A stretch of 63,991 bases of DNA, filler included, from Acetivibrio sp. (GCF_035371925.1; 14 parts of 14 records of this genome joined end to end with filler, not necessarily neighbours in it), one strand, 5' to 3'; shown: positions 9,814 to 19,780, numbered from the whole stretch's first letter. Notes: generated by a model not told the origin, from the sequence alone. A program made the numbers and translations.

Positions 9814-10749
9814 ATGTACTGTGATAATAAAATTTGGATTGCTAAAGGAGAAAATCCCGTTTATCTTCTACCAGACAAGGCCAATAGGCATGGACTTATA
9901 GCAGGTGCTACCGGGACGGGCAAAACAGTGACTTTGAAAGTTTTAGCCGAGTCTTTCAGTGATTGTGGTGTTCCTGTTTTCCTTGCCGATGTAAAAGGTG
10001 ACCTTGCAGGGTTGGCAGTGCAGGGAAGTGAGGATCCCAAAATTCGGGAGAGAGTCGCAGAGCTTGGGATTGAAGGCTTTAAATACAGTGCTTATCCGGT
10101 GCGTTTCTGGGATATATACGGCGAATGCGGAATTCCGGTGAGGACTACTGTTTCGGAAATGGGTGCATTAATGCTGGCAAGGCTGCTTGGACTGAATGAG
10201 ACTCAAACCGGCGTGCTAAGCATAATATTCCGCATTGCAGACGATAAGGGATTATTGCTGATAGATATGAAGGACCTTCGTGCAATGGTACAATATGTGG
10301 GTGAACATGCCAAGGAATTTACCCTGGAGTACGGAAGCATTTCAACCCAAAGTGTGGGAGCGATTTTAAGAAGTCTTGTTGCTTTGGAGGATCAGGGAGG
10401 AAATCTCTTTTTCGGAGAACCGGACCTTGATGTTAACGACTGGATTCAGACTGCTCCTGACGGACGCGGATATATAAATATACTGCACAGCGTTAAATTG
10501 ATTCATTCACCGGTGCTTTACTCCACTTTCCTTCTGTGGATGCTTTCAGAATTGTTTGAAACCCTTCCGGAAGTTGGGGATGCTGATAAACCTAAAATTG
10601 TATTTTTCTTTGACGAGGCACATTTACTGTTTAAAGATGCACCAAAAGTGCTTCTTCAAAAGATAGAGCAAGTAGTAAGATTGATTCGCTCAAAAGGAGT
10701 AGGTATATATTATAATAAGCTTTTATCGTATGAAGATTTGAAAAATTAA
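9814..10749 (+). CDS. DUF853/YjgR-family HerA-like P-loop ATPase, 3' truncated
   Basis: [39 protein letters not shown]. The expected FITQNP continuation is replaced by unrelated sequence about 54 bp before the contig end. Confidence 0.85.
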   Translation: MYCDNKIWIAKGENPVYLLPDKANRHGLIAGATGTGKTVTLKVLAESFSDCGVPVFLADVKGDLAGLAVQGSEDPKIRERVAELGIEGFKYSAYPVRFWDIYGECGIPVRTTVSEMGALMLARLLGLNETQTGVLSIIFRIADDKGLLLIDMKDLRAMVQYVGEHAKEFTLEYGSISTQSVGAILRSLVALEDQGGNLFFGEPDLDVNDWIQTAPDGRGYINILHSVKLIHSPVLYSTFLLWMLSELFETLPEVGDADKPKIVFFFDEAHLLFKDAPKVLLQKIEQVVRLIRSKGVGIYYNKLLSYEDLKN

Positions 10750-10864
10750 TAGTTTTTGAGATGANNNNNNNNNNNNNNNNNNNNNNNNNNNNNNNNNNNN
10801 NNNNNNNNTTAATTAATTAANNNNNNNNNNNNNNNNNNNNNNNNNNNNNNNNNNNNNNNNNNNN

Positions 10865-11093
10865 CCTTCTGCTCTTTACCATTCCATGTTACATTTGCTC
10901 CCAACTTCTCTGCTATAAACCTTGCCGGTACTTGAGTCCTTCCATTCGAATCGATAAACGGCTGCTCATCCGGAAAATTCAATCTTTCACCATTTACCTC
11001 TACCCTTAATGGTAATTCTATTGCCGCTTCCACAGCTATTGTTAACATCATAAAAACACTTATAATCGCTAATATAAACGCTATTTTCCTCAC
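10865..11093 (-). CDS. Secreted protein with copper-amine-oxidase-like N-terminal (stalk) domain, 3' partial
   Basis: GGGGGAA RBS with GTG at 11093, signal peptide, FPDEQPFID-GRTQVPARFIAEKLGANVTWN. Runs into the spacer. Confidence 0.8.
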
Positions 11094-11236
11094 AACTAAA
11101 TTCCCCCATACAGTTTTAAATTTATTTTTGCTTCCTGTTTTGCTATTAAACCACACTTTAACTCTACTATACAATTATATAACATCCAAAACCTAACATC
11201 AAAGCTGTATTATAGTTTTCGACAATTTCTTTACAT

Positions 11237-11875
11237 CTACATATACTTCTTCATTTCTGTCGATATTGTCTTAATAAGACCGCATATTACTATTGCAGCA
11301 AATGCCAGGATTACCAATACAATTAATACCTTAACGATGTATTGCAAACCTGTTTCATATATTATCGTTTCATTGCCATCAGCATCGGTTTTTATAAGTC
11401 TGATATAGCCAAAGACCTGTTTAAGCGAATAATTAATACCGTCAATATCTACATTATTTACTTTTCTTTTGCTTGAGTGATTTGTATAATAGCTTTCACT
11501 TTCTTCCGAATTGGAAATCTTTTCTGTCTTTATTAGTTCAGCATCCGAATTAAAATAATAATATGCACTGTCCCTAACCGAAAAAATCATAATATCGTCT
11601 TGCTCATCGAACTCAAATAAATATCTGCCCTCGACATTAAAGGCAAAAGAATATTTAAAGTTGCCATATTTATCGTACACATTTATATAATCATCAACAA
11701 ATCCAATAGCAATATCACCTGAAGAATTGGCCGAAATTCCGACTGCCGACAAGTATGTTTTATGTTCTCGATTTGTCTTTCTAAAATTCAAATCGTTTTT
11801 GTCGGTTTTATCGGCATACCCACTGCCAATTCCTACACTTAGCAACACAAATAAAAGAATCACGAGTCTTTTCAC
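11237..11875 (-). CDS. Hypothetical membrane-anchored protein (signal peptide, beta-rich ectodomain, C-terminal TM)
   Basis: 212-aa ORF with hydrophobic N- and C-termini; family not recognised. Confidence 0.65.
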   Translation of the reverse strand: MKRLVILLFVLLSVGIGSGYADKTDKNDLNFRKTNREHKTYLSAVGISANSSGDIAIGFVDDYINVYDKYGNFKYSFAFNVEGRYLFEFDEQDDIMIFSVRDSAYYYFNSDAELIKTEKISNSEESESYYTNHSSKRKVNNVDIDGINYSLKQVFGYIRLIKTDADGNETIIYETGLQYIVKVLIVLVILAFAAIVICGLIKTISTEMKKYM

Positions 11876-12477
11876 TTGCCATCACCACACCTTCACAGTC
11901 ATTATAAATAATCAATTATTCTCATAAATTAATTTCGCAAAAAGTGCTCATTATCTCCTTTTTGCCATAAAACGTCATACCCCGCAGTGCATACTCCAAT
12001 AGAAATTGCAATAAAAACAATCAATTATTCATATAAAATAGTGTAATTCATTCCATCAGTATCATTTTTAAAACCTCATTTTAACACCCCATCCATATTC
12101 CAGAATAACCTTAACCCCCCCTATAGTATTGATAAGCTTATAATAATATCTTTTATTAATTACAAAATATTTCAATTCATACTGTTAAAACCAAGAGTGT
12201 AATGCTCACAGAAACCATTCCACACATCTTTTGTGCTGCAACACATTACATTTGTCCATATTAATATCATACTAAAGGAGATTAAAAATGCAACTATATT
12301 CCAGCGATAAAATTAATTTACGAACGAGAAATATTTAAGCTCCTTACAATAATTCCCACATTTATCTTATAAGTTAATATTTCAGTGTAATTTTACCGCT
12401 CGATATAATAAAATTTTCAATAAAACATGATATAATAATTTTCATCCACTACTACAAAATAATTACGGAGGGGAAAA

Positions 12478-14034
12478 ATGAAAAAGAAAACTGTACTCAG
12501 CGTCAAAATCTTATTAATCATCTGTATTTTTACGTCAATCTTTTGTTTCGGTATACCGGTTTTGGCGAATAACTCAAATTTGGATGAAGCGGACCAATAT
12601 GTTTTAAGCGCTTACAGTGCTATTGCGCAGGAAAACTACAACCTGGCACTTGACTATTGCAACAAAGCCATTAATATAAGCCCCAAACCGGAATATTATT
12701 GTTTGAAAGGCGAAATATTGCAATACCAGGAAAAATACCAAGAAGCTTTAACTGCTATCCAGCAAGCACTAAACATTTCACCGAACTACGGAGATGCACA
12801 TCTAAAAAAGGCATTAATTTATTCAAGCCTCAACAGAAATGACGAAATGCTCAACACTTTTGACGCAGGAATCGCTGCAGTACCAAACTACATACCCTTA
12901 TACATATTTAAAGCAGGTTCCCTGCTTGAAATGAATAGAATCAACGAAGCTATTGAATGCTACAAACTTGGAATAAAGAATAATCCAAAAGAATTATACT
13001 TTTATATCACGTTAAGCGATCTTTTATTCAATGTCGGTAACATTAACGAAGCAATGAAGTGTCTCAAGAAAACACTCGAATTAGACCCCTACGAGGCAGG
13101 AGCCTTTTATAATAGCGCATGTGTATATTCCTTTTGGGGAAAAACAGACGAGGCTCTAGCTAATCTTAAAAAAGCTATTCAATTGGCACCCAGATATAAA
13201 GCTCTCGCTATAAATGATAAAGACTTTGATAACATCAGAAATTTAAATGCTTTTAAAACCTTGACAGGTGTTGGAGTTTATGTGGACGGTAAGTATATGG
13301 AGTTTGACGTTCCTCCCACTATTGAGGAAGGAAGGGTTCTTCTTCCTCTGAGAATGGTATTTGAAGCATTGGGTGCATCTGTAGAATGGATAGATTCCAC
13401 TAAAACTGTAAAAGGCCAATTGGGCAGCACTACACTTTCACTTCAAATAGGTTCCAAAACAGCTATTGTAAACGGAAAAGAAGTCAGTCTTGATGTGCCC
13501 GGCAAAATTGTCAACGGTCGTACCCTTGTACCGGTGAGATTTGTTTCGGAATCCTTCGGTGCCGACGTAGGCTGGGATCCGGATACTAAAACCGTTTATG
13601 TTTCTTCTCCGGAAGAAAACATAAATAACACAGGTCTTTCAAGAGATGCTATTATTCAAAAATTGGATGAATCTCTTGATATACTTACAGTAGACGGTAT
13701 ATTACCCGAGCCCTATAATCTTAAACCTACGGAAGCAAAAATATTTTTGGTTGCAAAAAGCGAATATGATTTGAATCTGTTTAGAGCATTGAGCAAACAG
13801 GATAAAATCGATTATTTGAATAAAGTTGTTCAGAAAAACTTCGGTTCGATATTGGGATGTGATAATATTGAGGTATCCTTTGTTTATGACAATAAAATGT
13901 ATTACAGACTTTATACCTCATATGAGGGTAACGCTAAGGATTTAAAATTGGAAACTTTCAAACTCGGCATGCTCGTTAACGTTATTGAACAGGATCATAT
14001 CAATTTAACTTTTAAGTATTATTACGCTAATTAG
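12478..14034 (+). CDS. Secreted TPR-repeat protein with copper-amine-oxidase-like stalk domain
   Basis: GGAGG RBS, signal peptide, about 6 TPR units, then GRVLLPLRMVFEALGASVEW and GRTLVPVRFVSESFGADVGWD. Confidence 0.85.
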   Translation: MKKKTVLSVKILLIICIFTSIFCFGIPVLANNSNLDEADQYVLSAYSAIAQENYNLALDYCNKAINISPKPEYYCLKGEILQYQEKYQEALTAIQQALNISPNYGDAHLKKALIYSSLNRNDEMLNTFDAGIAAVPNYIPLYIFKAGSLLEMNRINEAIECYKLGIKNNPKELYFYITLSDLLFNVGNINEAMKCLKKTLELDPYEAGAFYNSACVYSFWGKTDEALANLKKAIQLAPRYKALAINDKDFDNIRNLNAFKTLTGVGVYVDGKYMEFDVPPTIEEGRVLLPLRMVFEALGASVEWIDSTKTVKGQLGSTTLSLQIGSKTAIVNGKEVSLDVPGKIVNGRTLVPVRFVSESFGADVGWDPDTKTVYVSSPEENINNTGLSRDAIIQKLDESLDILTVDGILPEPYNLKPTEAKIFLVAKSEYDLNLFRALSKQDKIDYLNKVVQKNFGSILGCDNIEVSFVYDNKMYYRLYTSYEGNAKDLKLETFKLGMLVNVIEQDHINLTFKYYYAN

Positions 14035-14050
14035 TTGATTTATGAGATGT

Positions 14051-14086
14051 AAAAAGCCATTGTGATGCTTTTCGCAGTGGCTTTTT
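14051..14086. terminator. Bidirectional terminator between the convergent TPR gene and cas4
   Basis: AAAAAGCCATTGTGA-loop-TCGCAGTGGCTTTTT. Confidence 0.7.
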
Positions 14087-14090
14087 GCTT

Positions 14091-14705
14091 TTATATTTTT
14101 ATACAAATATTCTTATAGCAGCAATCAAGGCATTTACTTTTTTGCTTTGTTGCTTCAGGGTAATATCCATCCATGATCTTTCTGTACTCCTCTATATAAA
14201 GGCAAACATTGTCCTTGTCTTCTTCTGTCACGCAAACTTCCACCAGTCTGTTTTCTTCCCTGCAATACACTAAAAATCCTTTATGAACTTTTTTTCCGAA
14301 TGTTTCTTCAATCATTATTGCATACATGACAAGCTGATTCTTATAAGTCTTGAAAAGTCTTTCATCATATGTAGCAAATTTATAATCCAACGGTGCCATT
14401 GTCCCATCAAAAAGTGTATGGACTTCGTCGGCACTTCCCCTTATTCCATACTTTTCAGAAACCAAGTTTACACCTATCATTTTACCTATCGACCCAATTT
14501 TCTTCGGCAGGTAATTCTTGTTCTGCTCTCCTCTCTTTTTATGTATTTCCCTTCCCATCATAACTTTAAAACGTTTCTCTTCATTCTGGTCAATTCCAAG
14601 GCATTTCATATAATAAATATATCTCTTACAGTAAAGGAACTCTATCATGTCTGAAGGTGTAATATAGAATTGATTTTCATTAAAAAAACTTTGAGATGAT
14701 TTCAT
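14091..14705 (-). CDS. cas4: CRISPR-associated exonuclease Cas4
   Basis: N-terminal Cys (YCKR), RecB motifs GSADE/PLDYK/QLVMY, C-terminal CxxCCxxxxC Fe-S ligands; follows cas2. Confidence 0.92.
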   Translation of the reverse strand: MKSSQSFFNENQFYITPSDMIEFLYCKRYIYYMKCLGIDQNEEKRFKVMMGREIHKKRGEQNKNYLPKKIGSIGKMIGVNLVSEKYGIRGSADEVHTLFDGTMAPLDYKFATYDERLFKTYKNQLVMYAIMIEETFGKKVHKGFLVYCREENRLVEVCVTEEDKDNVCLYIEEYRKIMDGYYPEATKQKSKCLDCCYKNICIKI

Positions 14706-14970
14706 CAGTTACCAACTCCTTGTCAAATGCCTGTCCCAACAAACCTGCTTTATTGAGATCAGCCTTGCTCATTGTAAACACATAAACAGAATCAACGTCC
14801 TTGTCTATTATGTTATCGAGTACCAATTTAAGTTCATCAAACTTATTGCTCTCAAGCTCACCAAGAAACACGCTTTTTTGTACACGGTAAAGTCCGGCAT
14901 TTTTACACTTCTTTATTACATTGTTTCTTGTCTTATTGGATGTAATATCGTAAATTACCCATGTCAACAT
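14680..14970 (-). CDS. cas2: CRISPR-associated Cas2
   Basis: MLTWVIYDI...RVQKSVFLGE; GGAGG RBS; start moved to 14970. Confidence 0.95.
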   Translation of the reverse strand: MLTWVIYDITSNKTRNNVIKKCKNAGLYRVQKSVFLGELESNKFDELKLVLDNIIDKDVDSVYVFTMSKADLNKAGLLGQAFDKELVTDEIISKFF

Positions 14971-15959
14971 TGCATGTCCTCCTTCAGTATGCGATTTGCA
15001 ATCTGATGGCAATCGTACTGAATAATGTTGGCAAATTCTATTCTTCTTCCCCTGTAATTCATTTTAACTTCCAGCTCTTTGTTATACTCGGATATCAGCA
15101 GTTGCTTTCCTTCTTTATTAAGATAATATCCATCTTCTACTTTGTCAAAAAAATTGTCTTGTACTTTCTTTGTGCTAAATAAGCGGAAAACTATTTCATC
15201 CATATATCCTCTGTACATCTCAACCATATCATATACAAGGGCTTTTTTATTATAATTGTCGGTATGCATAATACCTATATATGGGTCCAACCCCGCAATT
15301 ATACAGGCTTTTTCTACACTAGAATATAAAATACCGTAAGCATAATTAAGCATACAATTAAAAGGATCTTTTGCTGGATTTCGGCTTCTCAATTCAAACG
15401 CATATTTTTCCGGAATCAGCTTGCCAAGGGTTTCAAAATATACTCTTCCGGCTGTTCCTTCATAGCCAAGTAGCATATTTCTTACACTGTTTACTGTTTC
15501 ACTTTGTTTAATTGACATGATATTATCTTTTTGCTTCTCAATCTTTTCCAAAGCGTCTCTAATTAACGCACGTTTTTCTTCGTCTCTGCGGTTAGTTTCT
15601 AATTTTTTTAATAATTTTATTTGATTATCCATCTTTTCTAATATCCATTCCTGTACAAGTTGAAGCCCAAGCGGACTATCCTGTAAGAATAACTGCTTTC
15701 TTCTGATTGTACTGATACTCCCAAGTTTAGAATGCCACACGCGTCCCATAGGCTGTCCCGTACTTTTTAAGAATATTATGTCAATATTATATTCAAGGGC
15801 TAGCTCGATTGCATCAGTTGTAAGTGCAGCATGGGTTGTAATCATTATTTGATCGACTTTTGTTGCGGCTATTTCTCGTTTTTCATTCTCACTCTGAATC
15901 TGAAAGCATTCTCCCCTTTTGCAAAGGTAAAGTCCTGGTGTGTTCAGAATCAGCTTCAT
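14964..15959 (-). CDS. cas1: CRISPR-associated integrase Cas1
   Basis: EGTAGRVYF, NCMLNYAYGILY, GLDPYIGIMH, LVYDMVEMYR; AAGGAGG RBS before the ATG at 15959. Confidence 0.95.
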   Translation of the reverse strand: MKLILNTPGLYLCKRGECFQIQSENEKREIAATKVDQIMITTHAALTTDAIELALEYNIDIIFLKSTGQPMGRVWHSKLGSISTIRRKQLFLQDSPLGLQLVQEWILEKMDNQIKLLKKLETNRRDEEKRALIRDALEKIEKQKDNIMSIKQSETVNSVRNMLLGYEGTAGRVYFETLGKLIPEKYAFELRSRNPAKDPFNCMLNYAYGILYSSVEKACIIAGLDPYIGIMHTDNYNKKALVYDMVEMYRGYMDEIVFRLFSTKKVQDNFFDKVEDGYYLNKEGKQLLISEYNKELEVKMNYRGRRIEFANIIQYDCHQIANRILKEDMQC

Positions 15960-16029
15960 TTTGCACCTCCTTACAATTAGTTCCAATTCGTTGAGTAGTA
16001 TTCAGCAGTCTACTAATACACGCTGTGTT

Positions 16030-16139
16030 GCTTCTACCCTTGTTTTACTGGAAGTACCACTTCAACTAAAAAAAATAAAATAAGAATAAAGCTTTTTACT
16101 TTGTTTCAATCCTTGTTTTACTGGAAGTACCACTTCAAC
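16030..16139 (-). CRISPR. Trailer end of a CRISPR array: one intact and one degenerate 37-bp repeat with one 36-bp spacer; array cut by the contig end
   Basis: Intact repeat 16103-16139 reads GTTGAAGTGGTACTTCCAGTAAAACAAGGATTGAAAC on the minus strand. Degenerate copy 16030-16066 ends GGGTAGAAGC. Spacer 16067-16102. Confidence 0.9.
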
Positions 16140-16300
16140 NNNNNNNNNNNNNNNNNNNNNNNNNNNNNNNNNNNNNNNNNNNNTTAATTAATTAANNNNN
16201 NNNNNNNNNNNNNNNNNNNNNNNNNNNNNNNNNNNNNNNGTCGAACAGTGGCTTCGGTCACTGATTTAATACAATATTAATTGTACAAGGAAGTGAACTG

Positions 16301-16669
16301 ATGGCAAACTTTAACGATGCCAGGGCAGAGGGTGTTGGCCTAATCCATTTCCTCATAAGGCTGGTAGTGGGAGCAGTTGTGCTTGCAGTCACAGCAGCTT
16401 TAACCCCGGGCTTTTCAATATCAGGTTTCTGGCCGCTTATTTTAGGTGCGATTGTTCTTGCAGCGCTTGACTTTGTTGCTGTAAAATTCCTCGGTGTAAA
16501 TGCCACTCCATTCGGAAGGGGAATTACCGGCTTTATACTTGCAGCCGTAATAATATATATCACTCAGTTTTTCGTCGCAGGATACAGCGTTACTCTGCTT
16601 GGCGCTGTAATAGGAGCATTGGTTTACGGTATAATTGATGCCATAATCCCGGGAAAATCTATTATGTAA
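16301..16669 (+). CDS. 4-TM membrane protein, YvlD/phage-holin-4 family (chromosomal)
   Basis: Four hydrophobic helices; ATPFGRGITGFILAA; IIYITQFFVAG. Confidence 0.75.
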   Translation: MANFNDARAEGVGLIHFLIRLVVGAVVLAVTAALTPGFSISGFWPLILGAIVLAALDFVAVKFLGVNATPFGRGITGFILAAVIIYITQFFVAGYSVTLLGAVIGALVYGIIDAIIPGKSIM

Positions 16670-16682
16670 AAACAAATACTGG

Positions 16683-16726
16683 ATATGATAAAGGGTCTCA
16701 GGAAAACCTGAGACCCTTTATCATAT
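16683..16726. terminator. Perfect 20-bp hairpin, bidirectional terminator between the holin-like gene and 6S RNA
   Basis: ATATGATAAAGGGTCTCAGG-AAAA-CCTGAGACCCTTTATCATAT. Confidence 0.85.
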
Positions 16727-16731
16727 TTATA

Positions 16732-16937
16732 CCCAAAATGCCGTTCCCCTATATTTTGACACCTAGCCCAAGCTAGGTGGGTGTCCTGTTGAAAGCCTCA
16801 GCCTTCCGCTGCCGTTGCACATATCTTAATGACATGTGTCGGGATTAGCTTGCGGCCTGACTTCCTGCTTTCAAACTCCAAACTCCCTTATGTCAACTGT
16901 AGGTTCAAAACTATAGGATACTCCGCACATTTCAGGC
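16732..16937 (-). ncRNA. ssrS: 6S RNA
   Basis: 5' CCTGAAATGTGCG pairs with 3' CGGCATTTTGGG. Internal TAGTTTTGAACC and CACCCACCT...CAAAA...AACGGCA blocks match Firmicute 6S RNA. About 205 nt; ends approximate. Confidence 0.8.
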
Positions 16938-16968
16938 TATTAGTTTTTAACTTCTCGCTTGCAAATCC

Positions 16969-16977
16969 ATTATAACA
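16969..16977 (-). promoter_or_regulatory. Extended -10 promoter (TGnTATAAT) for 6S RNA
   Basis: TGTTATAAT on the minus strand about 30 nt upstream of the predicted mature 5' end. Confidence 0.55.
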
Positions 16978-17117
16978 TTGACCAATAAAAAAAACAAACA
17001 ATGCAATACACATTTAAAGCTACTGAGTCGAGGATATTGTAATCAAACTATCAAATGCTTAATAAATCAAAATTATAATTAGTTTTACAATTTGTGCGCG
17101 CAAAATAATCCCCGTTG

Positions 17118-18005
17118 CTATTTTGCACCAATTCTGTTTTCTCGTGCATAATAAAAAAGATACTGCTGGGCAAATCCCGCATATTCACCAAAATAATCAC
17201 GGGCAAATTCCTGTATTTCGCTAAAGCTCGCTTCCCTTTTAAAATACAGCTCCTCCATCACTCTTTTTACCCACACGTCGGTGGGAAACACATCGTATTT
17301 TGTGCCGCTGTACAACAGCGTACAGTCTGCAACCTTAGGGCCGACTCCCTGAAATTTCATAAGATGGTTTCTTGCCTCAGCGGTATCCATTGAGCAAACG
17401 GCCTCAAGGCTTATTATTCCCTCGTTAACCATCTTTGCGGCACTCATTATGTATTTGCATCTAAATCCCGCTCCGGTACGCTCCAACTCTTCCAAAGCCG
17501 CACGGGAAAGTTCCTCAACAGTGGGAAATGCATAATACTTTTCGCCGTCCATTTCTGTTTCACGGCCATAAAGCCGGGATATTTCATTCACGGTTTTCAT
17601 TATCCTGGGTATCCTGTTGTTGGCAGAGATGATAAAAGATACCAGGGTTTCCCATATACTCTGCCTAAGAAGTCTTATCCCTGAGCCAAACTCTACCGCT
17701 TCCTTCATTATCTCATCTTTCATTACTTTCTCTTTAATATGCGAATAGTCTCTTCCGAGGTCAAAATAGTCAAACCATATATTCTTAAAATCCTTTATAT
17801 CGGCGTTTGACAATTCCAAAACTCCGTTCCGGTACTTTACGTTTACAGCCCTGTCATATGCAACCCCCGTATAACTTCCGTCCGGTTGTTTTATCCACCT
17901 GAAACACTGTCCGCAGTCGAATACATGGACAGGGTCAAAATCCGCTACTTTCTCAACAATGACCTTGTTATTCTCTTGCTCAATTTTATATCCTTTGTAT
18001 TCCAT
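17118..18005 (-). CDS. 8-oxoguanine DNA glycosylase (Ogg, HhH-GPD family)
   Basis: FDCGQCFRW, ISANNRIPRI, HhH GVGPKVADC, FPTDVWV, AGFAQQYLF. Confidence 0.9.
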   Translation of the reverse strand: MEYKGYKIEQENNKVIVEKVADFDPVHVFDCGQCFRWIKQPDGSYTGVAYDRAVNVKYRNGVLELSNADIKDFKNIWFDYFDLGRDYSHIKEKVMKDEIMKEAVEFGSGIRLLRQSIWETLVSFIISANNRIPRIMKTVNEISRLYGRETEMDGEKYYAFPTVEELSRAALEELERTGAGFRCKYIMSAAKMVNEGIISLEAVCSMDTAEARNHLMKFQGVGPKVADCTLLYSGTKYDVFPTDVWVKRVMEELYFKREASFSEIQEFARDYFGEYAGFAQQYLFYYARENRIGAK

Positions 18006-18153
18006 ATCCTCACCGTACCTTGAATATTTTCTTAAATATTTTTTTGTGTTACTTATAATTTTTGCGTCACTTATATATAATACCCTGTTTTTCTGTTATA
18101 ATTTAAATAAATATAAGTGATATGTTTGCATTAAATTTTGAAAGGAAAATGCC

Positions 18154-18930
18154 ATGAAAGAGAAAATTTACACAATACCTGTAACCGATGCATTTAGCAC
18201 CGATTGTGAATGTCCCATGTGTGTGCTGGAAAAAAAGCTGGAAGACGAAAACATCGAATATGTACTGGGACCTTTCCTGATGGAGCCTGAAGGAAGAATG
18301 GAGACAAATGAAAACGGCTTTTGCAAAAGACATTTTGAGCTTCTATACAACAGCCAGGCAAACCGTTTGGGGCTTGGGCTCATTGTTGACACCCACATGG
18401 TGGAGCAAAACTTACGGCTCAAAAAAAGCTATGAAGCCAAAAAAGAGCACCTTCAGAAAGATGCCGATGTCTCTTTTATAAAAAATCTGTCGGGCAAGCT
18501 TTCTTCAAAGCAAACCGAGACCCGCAAATTTGTGGATGAATTGATTGCTCATCTTGAAAATCTTGAGAACTCCTGTACCGTTTGCACACGAATCAACAGA
18601 ACAATGGACAGGTACATAGATGTAATTCTATATCTTTATTTTAAAGAAAGTGACTTCAAAGACCTTTTTCATAGCCGAAAGGGATTTTGCTTAAAGCACC
18701 TTAAAGCTCTTCTTGAAGGCACACAAAAGTATCTTGGTCCGAAAGAGACCGCCATATTTGTAGACAATCTGCTTTCCATGCAGATAGAAAACATGGAACG
18801 TATTCAGCAGGAAGTAAACTGGTTTACCAAAAAGTTTGACTACCGCAATAATGATGCCCCCTGGGGCAATTCAAAGGACGCTCTGCCAAGAAGCATTCAA
18901 AAGCTGGTGGGCTTTTCCAGCCTCAAGTAG
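18154..18930 (+). CDS. Conserved hypothetical protein (DUF6062-like) with two CxxC...CxxH motifs
   Basis: CPMC...GFCKRH and CTVC...GFCLKH. Confidence 0.7.
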   Translation: MKEKIYTIPVTDAFSTDCECPMCVLEKKLEDENIEYVLGPFLMEPEGRMETNENGFCKRHFELLYNSQANRLGLGLIVDTHMVEQNLRLKKSYEAKKEHLQKDADVSFIKNLSGKLSSKQTETRKFVDELIAHLENLENSCTVCTRINRTMDRYIDVILYLYFKESDFKDLFHSRKGFCLKHLKALLEGTQKYLGPKETAIFVDNLLSMQIENMERIQQEVNWFTKKFDYRNNDAPWGNSKDALPRSIQKLVGFSSLK

Positions 18931-19780
18931 CAAGATCGCTCCTTCTTGCTTCCAAAGCCTTGTTGGATTCCAAAACAAGGCTTTTTGCCGTAATATTAAG
19001 GCATTCGATATTGAGGGCCGTAAGCTTTTCAACCTCGTCAATCACCTTTTGCTGGATATTCCTTAAAAGAGGCTTTATTTGGCAGCCATACACCAGCACA
19101 AGGTCCATTTCAATATATATGCCTTCCGGGTGATTCTCCACCCGAAACCTTGATATTTTATTTACCCCTTCAATATTTGAGGTAACATAATCCACTATCT
19201 GGTATATCGTATAGTCGGAAATAGTGTAGTTGCCAAGGTAGCTGAAAGTCGGCCTGACTACGGATTTCTCGCCAATAAGCTGAAATCTTCCCTTACCCTT
19301 CCTTCTAAATATCTGCAAAGGGTCGAGAAAGTAACCCGAAAAGTCTTTTTTTATCTCAAAAGTAGGTACCGGAATAACATGCTTTCCCTGTTCCTTTCTT
19401 GTGGTAAGCGCCTGCTTTATCTCAAACTCCGTTGCCACCTGGTGTATATAAACCTTTTCGCAAATCTCCGGAAGCTCCAGACGCTTTGCTATGGCTTCAA
19501 CCATACCGTCCGATGTGCCGAGAATAAGTATTCCCTCCGGATTGTATTGCCTTATAGCCGTCTTTACGTCATTTGCATGCTCGTCATCTGTAAACAGGGC
19601 ACACTTGATGGAGCCTATTTTTGTTTTCTCCTTTTTGGCTGAAGTACCCGCGATAATCTGTGCACCTCTTATAAGAAGACCATCATCAATAATAAAATCT
19701 ATTCCCCATTCCCGGGCAACCCATACAGCCCTATGGCTTTTTCCGGTTCCGCTTGGCCCTACAAATCCAACTACCCTCAA
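18923..19780 (-). CDS. P-loop protein fused to a C-terminal Asp23/Gls24-like domain
   Basis: N-terminal GPSGTGKS; C-terminal ...IQQKVIDEVEKLTALNIECLNITAK. Confidence 0.75.
   Translation of the reverse strand: MRVVGFVGPSGTGKSHRAVWVAREWGIDFIIDDGLLIRGAQIIAGTSAKKEKTKIGSIKCALFTDDEHANDVKTAIRQYNPEGILILGTSDGMVEAIAKRLELPEICEKVYIHQVATEFEIKQALTTRKEQGKHVIPVPTFEIKKDFSGYFLDPLQIFRRKGKGRFQLIGEKSVVRPTFSYLGNYTISDYTIYQIVDYVTSNIEGVNKISRFRVENHPEGIYIEMDLVLVYGCQIKPLLRNIQQKVIDEVEKLTALNIECLNITAKSLVLESNKALEARRSDLAT

Noticed and set aside
11900..12040. AATCAATTATTC direct repeat and a short hydrophobic frame resembling the neighbouring gene's N-terminus
   Set aside because: No start codon or RBS; at most a decayed duplication in AT-rich DNA.
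16030..16669. CRISPR array next to a holin-like gene
   Set aside because: They are separated by a contig spacer, and the 4-TM protein is a common chromosomal family with no phage genes nearby.
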